Assembly (NCBI GenBank): GCA_964456505.1
Contig: CAYWAH010000003.1
Span: 1 to 58,097, forward strand
DNA length: 58,097 bases
Source of the DNA: an uncultured Clostridium sp.
GTDB lineage: Bacteria; Bacillota; Clostridia; TANB77; CAG-508
Direction: 5' to 3'
Position numbers and translations under genes: made by a program. How positions within the stretch are numbered: position 1 is the first letter of the stretch; each line of letters opens with the position of its first letter. Shown here one piece after another: positions 49,301 through 58,097 of the stretch. Below the pieces are notes generated by a model. The model saw only the letters and a program-made list of their open reading frames with translations, did no database searches and was not told the origin of the DNA.

Positions 49301-51989
49301 TCGTTTCAGATTTAGGGCTTATTGCTTTATTTCCAGATTGTTTCAAGTATAGAGTGTCAGTTCTATAAAATCCTTTATTTGGATTATTTGTCAAAGAGTC
49401 AAAACTTTCAGTATATTCATTTACTGAATCACCCATATTATCATTAACAACTACATAATCGCCTTGGAAATTATCGCAAGGTTTTTCTGTTAATTTGAAA
49501 GTATCATTTCCTTCACAATTTATTATTTTCAAATCTTCAACTCTAATTTTGTCTGGCCAATATTCTTTTGGTGCTTTTGTATATTGGTTCCAATCATTGC
49601 ATGCAAACATGTGAACACCGAATTTGTATTGGTCATCAATATTTGCACTATTATCAATAGTCAAATTTTTAATGTTAATATTTGGCATTTTGCAAGTATA
49701 ACCAAATTCATGCAAACTACCATCATCATCTGTTTTTATTGTATATTCAATTATTTGAGGAATACCTTTTTCAGTAACAAATTTGCAGTCAGTAATATTA
49801 CAATCGCCATTCCAAGTACTACCATAATCGCCTCTAAGGCTAATAATTTTGTTTGAATTAAATGTAGAATTTTTAATATTTAAATTTCCTTGACCTGTCA
49901 AAGTTAAGCTATGATGTCCAAGTGTACAATTGTCAACTTCAAGATTATAGTAACCCATGTGACCATCAATTCTATTTAATGTACAATTTTTGAAAACAAT
50001 ATCTTTGCAGTAATTGTTTCCCATTACGCCCCATCTATCAGAATCTTGAATATTATCTTGTGTTAAATTGTCTCCTACAAAGTTAACTACATTATTCATT
50101 ACAAAATCGTAAGTACTTGAATATGTAAATTTTCTTGCAAACAATTTTGAATCTTTAAATTCAGCATCTGCAACTTTATTCAATGTAGCAAAGCCATAAT
50201 ATGATCCACTCTTTACATCTTTAGATATTGTATGATTAATGTTTGATATTTCAAAATTTCCAGATTCTTTAAAAGATAAAGTTCTATAAATATAATTGTG
50301 TTTGCCACTATTAGGTCTAGTAATTGTTTCATTTTCTGTGTCTAAAGAATTAGTTGTAAAATTACCATTTTGAATAGTTTGCTTTGTATTTGAAATTGGG
50401 TAAATGTATAATGATGTAATTTTATCAAAATCCCATTGAACATCATTTAATAAATTACAATCACTATCGATTGTAAATGCATCTTCTTGATCAAATCCAC
50501 TTGTATCTCCGGCAACTCCATAACGAATATATTGTTTTTTAGTATTGTTGTATGCAATACATAAATACTTTTTATAACCTTTACTATTCAATTCAGAAAT
50601 TGTATCTTTTATTTCATTAATTTTTTTAGTTGATTTATTTATTGTAAATGAAGGATTTTCAATTTCTTTAATATCTTTATTATCAGTTAAATTTTGAATA
50701 TAAAATAAAGGTTTCTTTCTTCCAACATATTTATAAATTTGCTCATCATGTATTACGAAATTTGCATTATTCCAATTAGTATTTGTATTTATTACAATTG
50801 GCTCTTCATAATATTTATAAATGTGATATGTTTTTCCTTCAGTTGCACGCACTTCGCATCCAACTTTATTTGCAAAATTATGTGCATTTAACATTGCAAT
50901 TGAATCATCATAACTACCATCGCATTTGGCACCAAAGTCATCATAAGTAACATATTTTATTCCATTAGAATCTGTATGTGGCAAATCTTTTACATCATCT
51001 GGCACGTAATCATAAGCTACTTGATAAACATTATTTTTTAATATATGTAATTCTTCAGTTCTAAGTCCATCTGAAGAAGCATAACTTTTACTATTATTTT
51101 CAACTATATCGAATTTTTTTAGATTTGGTAATGCAACTTTTCCATCTTTAACAAATGGTGTAATATCTCCATTCCATTGGTTATAAGAAAGGTTCAATTC
51201 TTCCAAATTAGATAATTTTGAAAGACTAGAAAAATCTCTTAAAGTATTAAAAGACAAATTCAATGTTTTTAAATTTGTCAAATTGTCAATACCATCTAAA
51301 CAATTTTTAGAATCATCTTGTACCATTGAGCATGACATTAAATTCAAGTTTTCTAGATTGGTTAATTTATAAACATACTTGTAAACATTGGATAAATATG
51401 TTTCAGATAAATCTAATGTTTTTAAGTTTACTAATTTGCTTAAAATTTCTTCATTTGTAATATTGTTATTTTCTCCAAGATTTAAACTCTCCAAGTTTGT
51501 CATTTTTGACAAAGACTTAATATCTTTTACATTATTATCATATAAATTTAGTTCTTTTAAATTTTTGAATTTATCAATTCCATCAAGATATGTAATCATG
51601 TTTGAAGACAAATCAAGTTTCTCAATAGATTCAATTTTAGGCATATTATCTATGAATTTATTTTTTTCATTTTCTGTTATATTGTTATTTGAAAGATTAA
51701 GTTCTTTCAAATTTGAAAATTTTTCAATCCCGTCAACATTAGAAATAACGCTACCACAAAAATCAAGTTTGGTAACTTTATCTATATCACTTTTTTCAAT
51801 AGTGATTGTTTGATTATCATCATTTGTATTTATACTAATGCCTTGTTCTTTTAATTGAGTAACCGTGTAATTGTAGGCATTTTTATCTTTAATAGTAATA
51901 TCTTCTGTATCATTGGATGCAAAATTAACATTTGTAAATATTAAATTTACAAGTACAAATATTGCAATGACTTTTGAAAATTTTTTCAT
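46305..51989 (-). CDS. 1894-aa cell-surface multidomain glycan-active protein: signal peptide, LRR, pectin-lyase-like beta-helix, DUF4874/DUF4832-like, GH16, S/N/T-rich stalk, sortase-type anchor
   Basis: LRR 'LKELNLSNNNI' repeats; 'VTYDDFGAKCDG..DDSIAM'; 'QMGMFGAYGELH', 'DDGYLG', 'PFGGE', 'HLGYRL'; GH16 'HEIDIE', 'YHTYRFDW'; 'IPKTG' followed by TM helix and basic tail. Confidence 0.85.
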   Translation of the reverse strand: MKKFSKVIAIFVLVNLIFTNVNFASNDTEDITIKDKNAYNYTVTQLKEQGISINTNDDNQTITIEKSDIDKVTKLDFCGSVISNVDGIEKFSNLKELNLSNNNITENEKNKFIDNMPKIESIEKLDLSSNMITYLDGIDKFKNLKELNLYDNNVKDIKSLSKMTNLESLNLGENNNITNEEILSKLVNLKTLDLSETYLSNVYKYVYKLTNLENLNLMSCSMVQDDSKNCLDGIDNLTNLKTLNLSFNTLRDFSSLSKLSNLEELNLSYNQWNGDITPFVKDGKVALPNLKKFDIVENNSKSYASSDGLRTEELHILKNNVYQVAYDYVPDDVKDLPHTDSNGIKYVTYDDFGAKCDGSYDDSIAMLNAHNFANKVGCEVRATEGKTYHIYKYYEEPIVINTNTNWNNANFVIHDEQIYKYVGRKKPLFYIQNLTDNKDIKEIENPSFTINKSTKKINEIKDTISELNSKGYKKYLCIAYNNTKKQYIRYGVAGDTSGFDQEDAFTIDSDCNLLNDVQWDFDKITSLYIYPISNTKQTIQNGNFTTNSLDTENETITRPNSGKHNYIYRTLSFKESGNFEISNINHTISKDVKSGSYYGFATLNKVADAEFKDSKLFARKFTYSSTYDFVMNNVVNFVGDNLTQDNIQDSDRWGVMGNNYCKDIVFKNCTLNRIDGHMGYYNLEVDNCTLGHHSLTLTGQGNLNIKNSTFNSNKIISLRGDYGSTWNGDCNITDCKFVTEKGIPQIIEYTIKTDDDGSLHEFGYTCKMPNINIKNLTIDNSANIDDQYKFGVHMFACNDWNQYTKAPKEYWPDKIRVEDLKIINCEGNDTFKLTEKPCDNFQGDYVVVNDNMGDSVNEYTESFDSLTNNPNKGFYRTDTLYLKQSGNKAISPKSETSNLNWLCVELSDFSGAQNKSGKDVELTDDALNALDETLANIKNNNQSVILRFVYDKNNDGIKNSEGKLDENGQRYVEPSIDMICKHISQMKGIFNKYESTILNIQMGMFGAYGELHSTSMCTQENFNKALDAYIANTPDDITISVRIPAQWLGWAKTKDDSLKDITISNISKVTTTKGQDIYRVGMYDDGYLGDESDLGTYSNRYEEINWLKNQTLHTPFGGEALPNYDDSAKVDGYDYINKYSLMTNFENEARKTHTTYLNYEWDQKLLNEWKKNKYNSYDYNFRVKDGYSDYDYVESHLGYRLILRKSLVSEKVSKNDKIKLQFSIENKGFSPVIKKTDGTIIFVDENGNKVYSKTLDNFDVRNILNSETYDEDSELDIPSDLKDGKYKVYLQLSSGYLDDGTPYLPIQFANYYDWNDDLKANYLGYFVYSKAGETNSSTDSKDNTSNSSSEFKDNTQSNNSSSSKDDSNKSSNNEDNNASSSLNSSSVLFEDFNNKLDSSKWLVANKAWGGNNHGVVPENVLVDNGILRLFGNGNNYTGNVKGYKSDEGTRTGACLVTKDYYGSGSYEIKAKLPQELGACSAMWTFEYEEYYPGSEEFEKLAPNKNASYYVVNHEIDIELPGRPDGAKSATDYNYALCNTFVGERGNEYTSTHAKLESAVNDGKYHTYRFDWHTGSSTESKRVDFYVDNKLIATNTTHVPTNRGRFWVGIWFPNGWAGDANFDTTEFDVDYVKITSFNEEGDTIGKETYSNDGWGDLSKVRYNLTSNNTNSTNKSDTGSDTKSNSNTESNTNVDSNNTNISNEETKSNTKSNTISNTTSSESNDKKSNATTEKEPNTNTNSSSNENKNHQDIQSSNNEKNNSNIKNDSSTDKNKVDSNSSALNNNTKKENSANTESKTNTQSTIYQKNNNNQVNDNLTTNSISNTSESDKKVNTNSINLNIEINDIEKDQQEENKANKPIPKTGSKLYIVILIMIILLTFIIIYFTKTQRIKDNL

Positions 51990-52111
51990 TACTATTTACA
52001 ACCTTTCTTATAAAATTTTAATAAAAAAATTTTATATAAATCAAAGTATTTATTTTACAATTTTAGTCAATAAATTACACTTATATAATACCATATTTTT
52101 CCTAAAAAATC

Positions 52112-52147
52112 AATAAGGAAGTACTATTTTTATGGCACTTCCTTATT
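52112..52147 (-). terminator. Terminator downstream of tex
   Basis: AATAAGGAAGT-14 nt-ACTTCCTTATT. Confidence 0.6.
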
Positions 52148-52244
52148 TTAACTTTAAATGAATATATCAATTTAAAATAATGTAAATATTTTAATTTATA
52201 AATTAACAATATTAGAAGCATTCTTTTAATTTGCAAATAAATAA

Positions 52245-54377
52245 TTAATGCTTCATTGTTAATGAAACTTTACCTTTTTCTTTATTAATATCTTTTACAT
52301 ATACATCAATAATATCTCCAACATGAAGAACATCAGAAGGATGCTTAATATATTTATCACTTATTTCAGAGATGTGAACTAAACCATCATTGTGCAATCC
52401 AATATCAACAAATGCACCAAAATCAACAACATTTCTAACTGTTCCTTGAAGTTTCATTCCAATTGTTAAATCATCAATTGATAGAACATCACTCTTTAAA
52501 ATTGGAGCATCAATTTCTTCTCTTGGATCTCTATTAGGTTGCTTCAAGTTTGCAATAATATCTTCCAAAGTATATGAATCAACGCCTAATTCTTTACTAT
52601 ATTTTGTAACATCAATATTATCGAGTTTAGCAATTAATTCTTCACTTCCTAAATTATCAATTGACAAATTTAATTTAGTCAAAAGTTTTGTTGTAATTTC
52701 ATAACTTTCAGGGTGTATACTTGTTTTATCCAACGGATTTGTGCCGTCAATTATCCTTAAAAATCCAATAGCCTGTTCATAAGTTTTGCCTGTCAAAATC
52801 TTTTTGTTTTTCAACTCTTCTCTTGAATTTATTTTTCCGTTTGAATCTCTATACTCAATTATTTTATCAATGTTTCTTTTTGAAATGCCAGACACATATT
52901 TTAAAATTGAAGGAGATGCTGTATTAATGTTTACGCCAACCTCATTTACTACTTTTTCAGTAACAAAATCTAAGCTTTCTTTTAATTCTTTTTGTTTTAC
53001 ATCATGTTGATAAAGTCCTACGCCTATTCCTTCTGGTGGAATTTTTACAAGTTCACTTAAAGAATCTTGCAATCTTCTTGCGATGCTTACAGCACTTCTT
53101 TCATTTGGAGAAAGATTTGGAAATTCGTCAATAGCAACTTGTTCTACAGAATATATTGATGCACCAGCCTCTGAAACAATTACAAATTTTATTTTTAGAT
53201 TATTATCTTTAATTAAATCAGAAATTAGCTTTTCACTTTCTCTTGAAGCCGTTCCATTTCCAATGGCGACAATATCAACATTATACTTTTTAATTATTTC
53301 CAATAAAGTTTTTTTGCTTATTTCTTCGCTTCTCTTACCATTAAAAGGATTAATAACAGTTGAGTATAAATACTTTCCAGTCTTATCAACTACTGCTAAC
53401 TTACAACCATTTGTAAAACCAGGGTCAAAACCAAGTACAATTTTTTCTTTAATTGGTGGAGTTAAAAGTAGACTCTCCAAATTTTTGCTAAAGTTTTTAA
53501 TTGCATCTTCATCACTTCTGTCAGTTAGTTCGCTTCTAATTTCTCTTTCGACACTTGGATAGATAAGTCTTTTTAAAGAATCTTGTAAAGCATCTGCAAC
53601 ATAATCTGCACATTTATTTTTATGGTCTTTTACAATTTTCTTTAAGATGTTTTCAAATATATAATCTTCATCATATTCAAGTGAAACCTTTAATACGTTT
53701 TCCTTTTCAGCACGATTTATCGCAAGTACTCTATGTGATTTTATTGTTCTAATGCTTTCAGAAAAATCATAATAAATTTCATAAGTTTTATTTTTATCTT
53801 CAGCGTCTTTCTTTATTTTTGAAACCATTGTGCCATGATTAAAAATATTGTTTCTAATCCATTTTCTGTAATATGCATTATCGCTTATGTATTCTGCAAT
53901 AATATATTTTGCACCTTGAATTGCATCTTCTTCAGTTTTAACATTTTCATTTATGAATTTGTCAGTGTACAATTTATCTGGAAAAGAAAGTATAATTTTA
54001 GCCAATGGTTCAAGGCCAAATTTGATTGGCTCAGTTGCCTTTGTTTTCTTCTTTTCCTTGAAAGGTCTATACAAATCTTCAACTTCAACTAATTTTTCTG
54101 CAGACAAAATTTGATTTTTTAAATCATCTGAAAGCATACCTTTTTCATCAATTAGTCTAATTACATCTTCTTTTCTTTGCAACAAATTATTTTGATAATC
54201 ATATACTTCCTTTATTTTTCTGATTTGATCTTCATTAAGACCTTCTGTCATTTCTTTTCTATATCTTGCAATGAAAGGTATTGTATTCCCTTCTTCAAGT
54301 AATGATAATGTTTTTGAAATTTGACTTTCTTTAATGCTATTTTCTAAAGCAATTTGTTTAATTATTTCTTCGTTCAC
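52245..54377 (-). CDS. tex: Tex/YhgF RNA-binding transcriptional accessory protein
   Basis: 'LLEEGNTIPFIARYRKEMT', YqgF-like 'GFDPG..NGCK', 'VSEAGASIYS', 'IGVGLYQHDV', S1 'VRNVVDFGAFVDIG'. Confidence 0.96.
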   Translation of the reverse strand: MNEEIIKQIALENSIKESQISKTLSLLEEGNTIPFIARYRKEMTEGLNEDQIRKIKEVYDYQNNLLQRKEDVIRLIDEKGMLSDDLKNQILSAEKLVEVEDLYRPFKEKKKTKATEPIKFGLEPLAKIILSFPDKLYTDKFINENVKTEEDAIQGAKYIIAEYISDNAYYRKWIRNNIFNHGTMVSKIKKDAEDKNKTYEIYYDFSESIRTIKSHRVLAINRAEKENVLKVSLEYDEDYIFENILKKIVKDHKNKCADYVADALQDSLKRLIYPSVEREIRSELTDRSDEDAIKNFSKNLESLLLTPPIKEKIVLGFDPGFTNGCKLAVVDKTGKYLYSTVINPFNGKRSEEISKKTLLEIIKKYNVDIVAIGNGTASRESEKLISDLIKDNNLKIKFVIVSEAGASIYSVEQVAIDEFPNLSPNERSAVSIARRLQDSLSELVKIPPEGIGVGLYQHDVKQKELKESLDFVTEKVVNEVGVNINTASPSILKYVSGISKRNIDKIIEYRDSNGKINSREELKNKKILTGKTYEQAIGFLRIIDGTNPLDKTSIHPESYEITTKLLTKLNLSIDNLGSEELIAKLDNIDVTKYSKELGVDSYTLEDIIANLKQPNRDPREEIDAPILKSDVLSIDDLTIGMKLQGTVRNVVDFGAFVDIGLHNDGLVHISEISDKYIKHPSDVLHVGDIIDVYVKDINKEKGKVSLTMKH

Positions 54378-54413
54378 TTTTTTCCTCTTTCTGATGTTTT
54401 AATCATAGTTTTT

Positions 54414-54457
54414 AAAACAATGAAAATAGAATTATATATTCTATTTTCATTGCTTTT
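54414..54457. terminator. Long hairpin, probable terminator of the DUF2207 gene
   Basis: CAATGAAAATAGAAT-TATAT-ATTCTATTTTCATTG. Confidence 0.65.
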
Positions 54458-54565
54458 GAATTTATTATTGATTTAAAACTTTATTCTATTTGAAATATTA
54501 TTATAAAATAGTCTAAAATATTTTATTAAATGCTATCAAATATGTTAAAAAATTGTAAGTCAATC

Positions 54566-56770
54566 CTACCAAGAGCTGCCTCCGCCACCGCCAGAGCCAC
54601 CTCCGGAAAAGCCTCCTCCTCCAGAAAAGCCACTACTTCCACCACCTGAAGAACTTGATGGTTGCGAAGTCATTGCATTTACTGATGAAGTCATCATTTT
54701 ATCAAATGAATTTGTAAATGCATAATAATCAAATCCATCTGGTCCATATCCATAATACCAAGTTGGAGGTTCCATTGCAATTGACTCAAATTTTTCCATC
54801 CATACTTTTGATACGCCTAGTACATAAGCATAAGGTAAAATTTTATAAAAATATTCAGGATCTTGGTTTACCAATGTTTCTAATCTATCTTTTTCTGCTG
54901 TTTCCAAAAATTCCTTAAAGCCTCTAATTTTACCAAGTATTTGAGTTCCATAATTGTTTCTCTTTCTCATTAATATCATAAAAACTATCATGGTAATCAT
55001 ACAAGATACCTGAATAATAAGTTCCACTAAGCCAAGTTCATCAATGTTCAAGAAAAAGTTATAATATTGAGAAATTATTTGTATAAATGCTGAAGCCAAA
55101 AAGTAAAAAGTAAAAAAGAGTAGGCTAATTAATGTTGTTATTATCTTCTTAGCATTTCCATAAAAAAATTGAAATGTTGTAATAATATAAAAAATAGATA
55201 TAATAAATATAGAAAACAAAGATGCTGAAAATGCTTCTGAAATTGTTGCGCCTAGTTGTATTGGCCTAAATGTAATTAAAATTATTGTAATAATCATCAT
55301 TATAAAAATTGGAAAAGCATTTTTCATCAAGCCAGATTCATAAATTGTCTTACTTTTTTTGTTTTCTTTTAAACTAATGTCATCAACAACTCTGTAAAAT
55401 TTGTCTTCTAAATCTTTCTTTGTAACACATGTTTTATTTGTATTAGTTGTTAAGTTTTCAGTATCATTAGTATTATTAGTATTATTATCATTATTTGTTT
55501 GGTTAATTAATCCCTCTAAGTTGTTCTTAAAAATTTTAGAATATGATTCATCGGAAAATAATCCTTCAAAAAATTCTCTTTCAATTGGATTGTTTCCATC
55601 ATATTCTTTTAGTTTATAAATTTTATATGATTTAGTTTTTAAAAATCCAGATTCATATTCTTCAATTTTTACATATCCTTTATTAGCTAAATATATTAAA
55701 AGAGAAATAACATCTTTACTATCGCAATGTCCTTTGTAAAAATATCCAACATCTAGGCTATTTAAATTATCTGGCGGAGCTACTTCAATTACATCTATTA
55801 CCTCATCATCTTTTCCTTTGTTATACCATACTTTATAAGATAATAACACGAAAAATATTGGTAAAAATATAGCTGCCCAATCTAAAATTGAAATATTAAT
55901 AGTTTGCTTAGTAAAATATCCCTCTGGTAATGTAACCCTAATTGTAAAGCTATTGTTTGGAGATAATGTTTTCTTGTACTCTCCAGAAATCACATTATTT
56001 TTTACTGTATAGTTAAAGTTTCCATCATCTGCTACACCAGAACTTCCATATTTTCCAACAGAAAATCCTATTTTACTTGTATCAAAATCCTTTGGCATTC
56101 TAACATTAAAAGTTACTTTGCCAATATATGTATCCCATTGATTTCCAATTATATTTAAATAAAATTCATCTGCATTTTGCAATTTATCATTTCCAATATT
56201 GTATGTATAATTTATTACATAAGTATGTTCACCAATAATTGTATAATTAGGATTACCTATTGTTAATGTTATACTATTAGAATTTTGTTTTTTAGAATAT
56301 TCGTCACTTACACTTATATTAGTAATTTTAGCCTTGTTTGTAGAAGAAGTACCATCAGTTCTTTCAACTGTATTTCTAGTTGGAATTACTCTTTTAATTC
56401 CATGTTTAGCAGTCTTAAAATTAGTAACAATCGTTTCTTTTATATTGTAAATATTATCTTCTGATACAGTTATGTCAACGTTGTATGATTTTATGTAATA
56501 GCCTTGAGCAGAAGACATTGAATCAATAGAGTAAATACTGTTAGAATAATAATTTCTTGTGCTCATAGCATTATATTCTGGATTATATCTATTTGAAAAA
56601 GATGAATTATAAATAGCAGATTCATTATCATTCAAATTACTTGTTGAAATATTGCTTGCTGTAATATTACTTGTATTTGAATAATAACTTGAAGCATTAG
56701 ATATTTGAAATACTCCCCAAAATAAAATAAGTACAATAGATATTATAATAATTTTGCTTATTTTCTTCAC
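54566..56770 (-). CDS. DUF2207 family membrane protein
   Basis: 'IKSYNVDITV', 'HGIKR.IP', 'IIGNQWD', 'PPDNL', 'LPYAYVLG', Gly/Ser-rich C-terminus 'GGGFSGGGSGGGGGSSW'. Confidence 0.92.
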   Translation of the reverse strand: MKKISKIIIISIVLILFWGVFQISNASSYYSNTSNITASNISTSNLNDNESAIYNSSFSNRYNPEYNAMSTRNYYSNSIYSIDSMSSAQGYYIKSYNVDITVSEDNIYNIKETIVTNFKTAKHGIKRVIPTRNTVERTDGTSSTNKAKITNISVSDEYSKKQNSNSITLTIGNPNYTIIGEHTYVINYTYNIGNDKLQNADEFYLNIIGNQWDTYIGKVTFNVRMPKDFDTSKIGFSVGKYGSSGVADDGNFNYTVKNNVISGEYKKTLSPNNSFTIRVTLPEGYFTKQTINISILDWAAIFLPIFFVLLSYKVWYNKGKDDEVIDVIEVAPPDNLNSLDVGYFYKGHCDSKDVISLLIYLANKGYVKIEEYESGFLKTKSYKIYKLKEYDGNNPIEREFFEGLFSDESYSKIFKNNLEGLINQTNNDNNTNNTNDTENLTTNTNKTCVTKKDLEDKFYRVVDDISLKENKKSKTIYESGLMKNAFPIFIMMIITIILITFRPIQLGATISEAFSASLFSIFIISIFYIITTFQFFYGNAKKIITTLISLLFFTFYFLASAFIQIISQYYNFFLNIDELGLVELIIQVSCMITMIVFMILMRKRNNYGTQILGKIRGFKEFLETAEKDRLETLVNQDPEYFYKILPYAYVLGVSKVWMEKFESIAMEPPTWYYGYGPDGFDYYAFTNSFDKMMTSSVNAMTSQPSSSSGGGSSGFSGGGGFSGGGSGGGGGSSW

Positions 56771-57029
56771 GCTTTATTCCCCTTTCATTTGTTATATATT
56801 TTATAAATTATATTACAATATTTTCAGACACTTACATTTTAATAATATTACACATTTGGTATTATATCATAAAGTAATATATATTTGTAAAGAGTTTTAA
56901 ATTTATTTTGAATATATTTTTATACACAATTTTGAATCTTTTTGTTTTCCTAATATTACCCATTTTTATTCTAATAATTTTTATTGTTTAAATTATTAAA
57001 TATACAAAGAATTAGAATTTTTTAAGTCA

Positions 57030-57059
57030 TTGACTTTTATTTATTTGTAGATATATAAT
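57030..57059 (+). promoter_or_regulatory. sigmaA promoter of the xer gene
   Basis: TTGACT (57030-57035), 18 bp, TATAAT (57054-57059). Confidence 0.55.
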
Positions 57060-57093
57060 TGAGTCAAAATAAAAGTAAGGAGTTGAATTTTCA

Positions 57094-58083
57094 ATGATTA
57101 ATGCAGAAAATAATCCAAGTTATTTAAATGAATTTCTTGAATATTCATTAACCTATAAAAATAAATCAAGAAATTCTGTTAATCAATACAATAGTGATTT
57201 GAACATGTTTTTACGTTATATGATGTATCACTTTCATTTAACAAACAAAAAAAATTTTAATGAAATAAATATTAAAAATTTTACGGTTGATGATTTAAAA
57301 AAGATTACTTCGAATGATATTCATGCATTTATATCATATTTATCAATAAATAGAAATTGTGGTCCTGCAACATGTGCCAGAAAAATATCGACAATTAGAA
57401 TTTTCTTTAAATATCTTACAGTAACAAATCCTATTTTGAAAGAAAATCCAGCGCAAAATTTGGAAACTCCAAAATTAAATAAAAGGTTGCCACGTTATTT
57501 AAGTTTGGAAGACAGTGAAAAACTTTTGCATGTTGCTAAAGAAGATTCTGATGATAAAAATAAAGAACGTGATTATGCTATAATAACAATATTTTTAAAT
57601 TGTGGTTTGCGTTTATCAGAATTGGTTGGTATCAACATTTCTGATATACATTTTGATGACAAAAGATTAACCGTTATTGGAAAAGGCAATAAAGAAAGAA
57701 CTATTTATTTAAATGATTCGTGTATTAATGTAATTAATGAATATTTAGCAGTTCGCCCTAGAGATGCAAAACACGATTCAAAAAATTCTGACAAAGCACT
57801 TTTTTTAAGCAACTATAAGCAAAGAATAAGTAATAGAACGGTTGAAAATATTGTAAAAAAAGAATTGCAAAAAGCAGGATTAGATCCTACAAAATATTCA
57901 ACTCACAAATTAAGACATACTGCAGCTACTTTAATGTATAAATATGGTCAGGTTGATATAAGAGCACTTCAAGAACTTTTAGGTCACCAAAGTATATCAA
58001 CCACAGAAATTTATACCCATGTAGATAATGACCAAGTTAGAAATGCAATTCAAGCAAATCCACTAGCAGACTTTGAAAAATAA
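57094..58083 (+). CDS. xerC: Tyrosine recombinase XerC/XerD family
   Basis: Catalytic R 'CGLRLSEL', K 'GKGNKER', 'HKLRHTAAT', 'QELLGH..ISTTEIYTH'. Confidence 0.9.
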   Translation: MINAENNPSYLNEFLEYSLTYKNKSRNSVNQYNSDLNMFLRYMMYHFHLTNKKNFNEINIKNFTVDDLKKITSNDIHAFISYLSINRNCGPATCARKISTIRIFFKYLTVTNPILKENPAQNLETPKLNKRLPRYLSLEDSEKLLHVAKEDSDDKNKERDYAIITIFLNCGLRLSELVGINISDIHFDDKRLTVIGKGNKERTIYLNDSCINVINEYLAVRPRDAKHDSKNSDKALFLSNYKQRISNRTVENIVKKELQKAGLDPTKYSTHKLRHTAATLMYKYGQVDIRALQELLGHQSISTTEIYTHVDNDQVRNAIQANPLADFEK

Positions 58084-58097
58084 AAAGGCCCCGGCTA

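Noticed and set aside
56780-57090. Possible dif site or att site near the Xer recombinase gene
   Set aside because: No convincing match to a dif consensus or flanking direct repeats; the gene looks like a chromosomal XerC/D rather than an island integrase.

Overview
AT-rich Firmicutes (Clostridia-like, inferred from spoIVA, ChW repeats and gene content) chromosomal window. Core genes: tig-clpP-clpX-uvrA-cmk-murD, spoIVA, a UDP-GlcNAc pyrophosphorylase/acetyltransferase pair, tRNA-Gly(CCC), ftsY, UPF0182, pgsA, ligA, tcdA, dgt, tex, DUF2207 and xerC/D. There are two accessory regions. (1) Positions 1-4.4 kb form a small defence island: an Abi_2/AbiF-like gene with a structured leader, a type III toxin-antitoxin (ToxN/AbiQ toxin with apparently a single ToxI pseudoknot), and a frameshifted PD-(D/E)XK-like nuclease-HTH-TM gene. 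(2) Positions ~30.5-41.7 kb are the highlight: an island between a truncated IS30 and a decayed non-coding tract that carries a candidate undescribed RiPP cluster. Its order is methyltransferase; a 32-aa precursor missed by the ORF track (MKSINEKVVSVEKISSVSA-SCMYH-SV-SCMYH-A, 32370-32468); radical SAM/SPASM maturase; TetM-like GTPase; a second SAM enzyme resembling the nocardicin aminocarboxypropyl transferase Nat; an alanine-racemase-fold PLP enzyme; an ABC-F protein; and a divergent RdgB/ITPase. Two ribosome-protection-type genes in the operon suggest, by inference only, a translation-targeting product. No database searches were run; family calls rest on recognised motifs.
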